A stretch of 64,000 bases of DNA from assembly GCA_024763535.1 (NCBI GenBank), contig JANTFH010000005.1, positions 4,612 through 68,611 on the forward strand. Reading direction: 5' to 3'. This document shows, in pieces, positions 60,072 through 64,000 of this stretch. The position numbers and the translations under genes were made by a program. The notes under the pieces are model-generated. The model worked only from the letters and a program-made list of their open reading frames with translations, was not told the DNA's origin and did no database searches. Each line of letters starts with the position of its first letter. The stretch's first letter is position 1. The stretch comes from Thermodesulfobacteriota bacterium. Its GTDB lineage: Bacteria; Desulfobacterota; Anaeroferrophillalia; Anaeroferrophillales; Tharpellaceae.

Positions 60072-60956
60072 ATGGATTTCAGCGATAAAACGGTTGCGAT
60101 TCTGGGCTCAGGCAGGGTTGGTTCAGCTCTGGCAATTTTACTGAGCCGTAATAGGTTTCGTGAAGTACGGGCTTATGACCGCAACCTGGAAAAACAGCAG
60201 ACATTACGGGAATGGCCTGGAGTCACGATTGTTCTCTCCTCTACCCTGTCGGAGGCAGTAACTGGGGCCGACCTGATTTTTCTGGCGGTTCAGGATCGCT
60301 ATATCTCTGAGTTGGCCCGGGAACTTGCGGCCGTTTCGGGCGAGGCCGGCTGGCAGGGTAAGTTCGTGGCCCATTTAAGCGGCTCCTTAACCTCTGCGGT
60401 TTTACAGCCGCTGGCTTCTGCCGGAGCCTTGACCTGTTCTCTGCATCCGCTGCAGAGTCTGGCCGGGGTCGCGGGGGCGGTTGAAGGGCTGGCGGGTTCC
60501 TGTTTCTCCTTTGAAGGTGATTCCGGGGCCCTGGCGCCGGCGGAATTTGTGGTTTCCGTTCTGGACGGGCATTTAGTGCCTCTTAAGGCTGACGACAAGG
60601 TTCTTTATCATGCCGCCGCAGTCGTTGCCTCAAACTTTTTTATTGTGCTTGAGGATATGGCGATTACCCTGATGAGTGGTATCGGGGTTGACCGGGATAC
60701 CGCCCGGCGGATGCTTTTGCCTTTGATTCGCGGCAGTTTTGAGAATCTCGAACGGGTTGATCCGGTTGAGGCCTTGACCGGCCCGATTGTCCGCGGAGAT
60801 GACCGGACTGTAGCCGCCCACCTGGAGACTCTGGCGGATAAATTCCCCGATTATCTTAAAGCCTATCGTCTGCTTGCGGGCTTGAATATTGAGCTTGCCG
60901 GTCAGAAAAGCGGGGTCGGTTACGCTGACTTCCCATCTTTAAGCGGCAACTCATGA
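60072..60956 (+). CDS. Rossmann-fold NAD(P)-binding protein (DUF2520 / F420-dependent NADP oxidoreductase-like)
   Basis: N-terminal VAILGSGRVGSALA dinucleotide-binding motif, then a ProC/KPR-like architecture. Confidence 0.7.
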   Translation: MDFSDKTVAILGSGRVGSALAILLSRNRFREVRAYDRNLEKQQTLREWPGVTIVLSSTLSEAVTGADLIFLAVQDRYISELARELAAVSGEAGWQGKFVAHLSGSLTSAVLQPLASAGALTCSLHPLQSLAGVAGAVEGLAGSCFSFEGDSGALAPAEFVVSVLDGHLVPLKADDKVLYHAAAVVASNFFIVLEDMAITLMSGIGVDRDTARRMLLPLIRGSFENLERVDPVEALTGPIVRGDDRTVAAHLETLADKFPDYLKAYRLLAGLNIELAGQKSGVGYADFPSLSGNS

Positions 60957-60975
60957 ACCCGGACCCTATGATAAT

Positions 60976-62802
60976 ATGACTTCCTACTCCTTTCCCCCGG
61001 AATTTATTGCTGATTTGCGATCTCGAGTTGATATCGTCGGGCTTGTCAGCGACTACGTGGCATTGACTAAAGCCGGGGCCAATTATAAAGGTCTGTGTCC
61101 GTTTCATGGTGAAAAGACGCCCTCATTTACGGTACACGAGGGCAAGGGAATTTTTCACTGTTTCGGTTGCGGGGTTGGGGGAGATGCGATCAGTTTTTTG
61201 AAGCGGATAGAAAATTTATCCTATCCTGAAACTCTGGTACGTCTGGCAACCCGCACCGGTATCGATATTTCACCCTATGAACGGCGCCGGGGCAGTCTTG
61301 CGGCCCAGGAGAAGGCCCGTAGCGAGCGTGAGGGTTTGACTCAGGCCGTCGCCTGCGCCCAGGATTTTTTTGTCCGCCAGCTGCAGGCTAATCTTCAGGG
61401 TAAGGTGGGGGGTTATCTTAAAAAACGCGGCATCAGCCCGGAGGCCGCCCGGAAATTCGGTCTCGGTTTTGCTCCGGATGCCTGGTCCGCTTTGAAAGAT
61501 GAATTTCGCCGGCGGCGGGTTGATGAAAAGATGGCGGTGGCTGCCGGGCTACTGGTGCAGAAAGAGGGCAGCAACCGCCGCTATGACCGTTTTCGTGAGC
61601 GTCTGATATTTCCGATTCGCGATGTTGCCGGTACGGTTGTCGGTTTCGGCGGACGTTCTCTGGGTGATGGTGAACCCAAATATCTGAATAGTCCGGAATC
61701 CCTGATTTTTAACAAACGGCGGCTTTTGTATGATCTGCATCATGCCCGCCCCGCGATTGCTAAAAGCGGTTCGGCTTTTCTGGTTGAGGGCTATATGGAT
61801 GCGCTCTCACTCTATCTGCGCGGGATCGACAATGTGGTCGCGACTTTAGGCACGGCGCTCTCCGAAGAGAATGTGGCCGCGGTTAAACGTTACACCCGTA
61901 AGGTGGCGGTTTTTTTTGATAATGACAGGGCCGGCCGGGCCGCGGCTTTTCGCTCGCTGCCGCTGTTTATGGCTCAGGGTATTATGCCCGACATCGTCCT
62001 CCTGCCGGAGGGGGTGAAAGATCCGGATCAGCTGGCATCGGGTCTCGATGATAGCGGTCTGGAGCAGGCTCTGACCCGGCAGATGCCGCTTTTTGACCTT
62101 TTTCTCAGCGAAAAAGGGATAGGGCTTACCGCTTACAGTGATCGTCTCCAGTTTCTGCGTGAGGTAATTGAGATGATCATCCGGCTGCCGGATGAACCTC
62201 TGCGCGGAATGGCTTTAAGGGCGACGGCTGAGAGCCTGCACCTGGCGGAAGAGATTGTTCTGGATGAGTACCGCCGGCTGCGCCGATCCCGGCATAAACA
62301 GACGGGGCGGCGGGGAAATTCTTCACCGAGTGAAACAACGGCCCGTCCCGATTTGCAGGGTGAATGCCGGCTGACCGGAGGCTCCGGGTCGCCGCTTCCG
62401 GATGAGATTGTACTGGCTACATTTCTGCTTTTTCCCATGCTTTTGGAAGAGTTTGCCGGTGACTATCGGGAGAATGTTGAAAATTCGGAATGTCGGCGGT
62501 TGTTTCAGGAATTCGAAGCTTGTGTCGCAGAGGATGGTGACCTTTCACAGAGGCTTTTTGTTAGAGGCGAGGATGACTCTTTAAGTTCTCTTTATGCCCG
62601 GCTGCTTAATCTGCCGGCTCCGGCGGAGGATCTGATTACGGCCCGCAAGGTGGTTGCGGACTGCCTGTTGAGTCTGCGGCAGCGTAAAACCAGCCGGGCA
62701 TCCCGTGAACTTGACCGGGAATTGACCGGCTGTAGTGATGATGAGCAGATGTTCGAGCTGCTGCGGCGGAAGATGGAGCTTAAAAAGAGGCTGATGGCAT
62801 AA
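60976..62802 (+). CDS. dnaG: DNA primase
   Basis: Zinc-binding CPFHGEKTPSFTVH...FHCFGCG and a TOPRIM domain (EGYMD...FDNDRAG). Confidence 0.9.
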   Translation: MTSYSFPPEFIADLRSRVDIVGLVSDYVALTKAGANYKGLCPFHGEKTPSFTVHEGKGIFHCFGCGVGGDAISFLKRIENLSYPETLVRLATRTGIDISPYERRRGSLAAQEKARSEREGLTQAVACAQDFFVRQLQANLQGKVGGYLKKRGISPEAARKFGLGFAPDAWSALKDEFRRRRVDEKMAVAAGLLVQKEGSNRRYDRFRERLIFPIRDVAGTVVGFGGRSLGDGEPKYLNSPESLIFNKRRLLYDLHHARPAIAKSGSAFLVEGYMDALSLYLRGIDNVVATLGTALSEENVAAVKRYTRKVAVFFDNDRAGRAAAFRSLPLFMAQGIMPDIVLLPEGVKDPDQLASGLDDSGLEQALTRQMPLFDLFLSEKGIGLTAYSDRLQFLREVIEMIIRLPDEPLRGMALRATAESLHLAEEIVLDEYRRLRRSRHKQTGRRGNSSPSETTARPDLQGECRLTGGSGSPLPDEIVLATFLLFPMLLEEFAGDYRENVENSECRRLFQEFEACVAEDGDLSQRLFVRGEDDSLSSLYARLLNLPAPAEDLITARKVVADCLLSLRQRKTSRASRELDRELTGCSDDEQMFELLRRKMELKKRLMA

Positions 62803-62935
62803 TGGCTACTCGTTTCGGCGACTTATAAGTTACCGGTTTGCGGGGAAACAGATTAACTTTTGGCTGCGGGATTTAAGTCCGTACCGGAAAATTTTTTATT
62901 ATTTAAGATAAATCAGCGTTGAGAATGAGGTGAAA

Positions 62936-64000
62936 ATGTCGGCGACATCAAGTGGTGCAGCTCAGGTGGCAAAAAATGCGAAAGGCAGCGAGACGATCAT
63001 TAATTCTGATGATATCAAGGCTTTGATCCTGCAGGGCAAGGAAAATGGTTTAATCTCTTATGCTCAGATAAATGATGTTCTGCCGGCGGAAGCTGTTTCT
63101 CCTGAGAAGATTGATGAAATGTTGGTACTCTTTGCCGAGATGGGTATCGAGGTGGTTGATGCTGATAAGCAGGCCAAGATTGTGGCTGCCGGTGAAATCG
63201 ATAAGGCGGCCGAGGCCACCCAGACCGTGACGACGGAAAGTTCTTCCGAGCGGCATCACGACCCGGTCAGGATGTATCTCTGGGAGATGGGCTCGGTACC
63301 GCTTTTAACCCGTGAGGGTGAAGTAGAAATTGCCAAAAAAATCGATGAGGGCGAGCGTGAAGTTATCAAAGCCATGCTTAAATCAGCCTTGACGGTTAAA
63401 GCTTTAAATACTATCGGAGGTCTGCTCTCCTCTGAGGAGATTCCGGTTAAAGCGGTCAGCCGGGATATTGAGGAGGAGGTCGAAATTGACGAGGATATCG
63501 ACTCCGGCCTGGTTTCCCTGGAGGAGGATGACGAGGTCGATGTCGATGTCGAGGCCGCAACTCCCGAAGACGGTGCTGAGCTTGAGGAACAGAAAGAGGT
63601 TGCCGAGCTGATCGCTTCCGAGAGTGAGATTGTGCAGGATGATGAAACTCTGGTTGAGAGAATTATCAACTCGATTGAGACCATCAATACTCTTTTTTAT
63701 GAAAACCGTAAACTTCGCAACCGTTTGAAACGGCCCGACCCGGAGTTGCGTTCATCCGTTAAAAGAAGTGCTTTAAGGGGGCTTATTAAAGCCAATGAGC
63801 GTGAAATTATGCTCCAGTTTCACGCGCTTAAATTAAAGCCGGAAGTAATTGAAGATATCATCAGCAGTTTGAAAAGTTATGTGGATATGGGGCGCAATCT
63901 GGAGAAGATGGTGGCCCGTCTCGAGGCTCGTTACCAGATGCGGCTTAGAAATCTGCGCATGACCTGTAAGGAGTGTCTTAAGAAAGAGAAGAAACGGCAG
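62936..64000 (+). CDS. rpoD: RNA polymerase sigma-70 factor RpoD, 3'-truncated by the window edge
   Basis: Manual translation from ATG 62936 (GAGGTGA ribosome-binding site) reads MSATSSGAAQ...LILQGKENGLISYAQINDVLP (region 1.1), HDPVRMYLWEMGSVPLLTREGEVEIAKKI (region 1.2) and the acidic spacer. Not in the ORF track because no stop lies in the window. Confidence 0.9.
   Translation, partial: MSATSSGAAQVAKNAKGSETIINSDDIKALILQGKENGLISYAQINDVLPAEAVSPEKIDEMLVLFAEMGIEVVDADKQAKIVAAGEIDKAAEATQTVTTESSSERHHDPVRMYLWEMGSVPLLTREGEVEIAKKIDEGEREVIKAMLKSALTVKALNTIGGLLSSEEIPVKAVSRDIEEEVEIDEDIDSGLVSLEEDDEVDVDVEAATPEDGAELEEQKEVAELIASESEIVQDDETLVERIINSIETINTLFYENRKLRNRLKRPDPELRSSVKRSALRGLIKANEREIMLQFHALKLKPEVIEDIISSLKSYVDMGRNLEKMVARLEARYQMRLRNLRMTCKECLKKEKKRQ

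Noticed and set aside
63256-63687. 143-aa Ser-rich minus-strand ORF
   Set aside because: It is antisense to the acidic GAG/GAC-rich spacer of rpoD. The Ser richness is a codon-complement artefact.
1-64000. CRISPR arrays, rRNA/tRNA genes, transposases or integrases
   Set aside because: No spaced direct repeats, no rRNA- or tRNA-like sequence and no transposase-like ORFs were seen on inspection of either strand.

Overview
This 64-kb window is a chromosomal segment of roughly 50% GC, gene-dense on both strands. Gene content (nuo, liv, fab, lpx, multiheme cytochromes) and a canonical selenocysteine formate dehydrogenase suggest a deltaproteobacterium of the Desulfuromonadales or Desulfobulbales type; that taxonomic call is inference only.

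Main blocks, in order:
- The 3' part of hemL.
- A small extracellular-electron-transfer island. It holds a signal-peptide protein with a metallophosphoesterase-like domain and four heme motifs that is interrupted by an in-frame TGA, a SHOCT membrane protein, and a large multiheme cytochrome (about 16-18 hemes) anchored by a NapC/NirT-type domain.
- A 15.5-kb complex I (nuo) operon, nuoABCD-X-Y-nuoHIJKLMN. NuoE/F/G are replaced by (X) a fusion of the NuoF C-terminal 4Fe-4S domain to a GltD-like FAD/NAD(P)H oxidoreductase and (Y) a NuoG/FdhA-like molybdopterin subunit with a canonical in-frame TGA (selenocysteine) in the ...HCARL-U-HS... active-site motif.
- A livFGMHK branched-chain amino acid ABC transporter on the minus strand.
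- serA, then a ParA ATPase translationally coupled to an unusual repeat-bearing membrane protein.
- A class IV aminotransferase (PabC-like) and recQ.
- An HDOD-domain histidine kinase.
- nrnA, a Kdo/WaaP-family kinase, lpxL, gmhB, lpxK.
- ribD, nrdR, a dCMP deaminase and a fused rpiB-glyA gene.
- plsX-fabD-fabG-acpP-fabF (no fabH) with rpmF.
- An acyl-CoA dehydrogenase with etfAB.
- A decaheme periplasmic cytochrome plus an outer-membrane beta-barrel (an MtrAB/PioAB-like porin-cytochrome pair).
- A DUF2520-like Rossmann protein, dnaG, and the 5' part of rpoD.

The most notable observation is that four unrelated genes each carry a single in-frame TGA followed 13-20 nt downstream by a hairpin with G in the apical loop, which is SECIS-like. 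One is the textbook FdhA Sec site. One replaces the first Cys of the invariant tandem-Cys ligand of Fe-S cluster N2 in NuoB. The other two lie in the metallophosphoesterase-like cytochrome and in the beta-barrel. TGA is used as an ordinary stop elsewhere in the window (nuoM, parA, recQ, nrnA), so global recoding is unlikely and a selenoprotein-rich organism is the simplest reading. No CRISPR array, rRNA, tRNA or obvious mobile element was seen.
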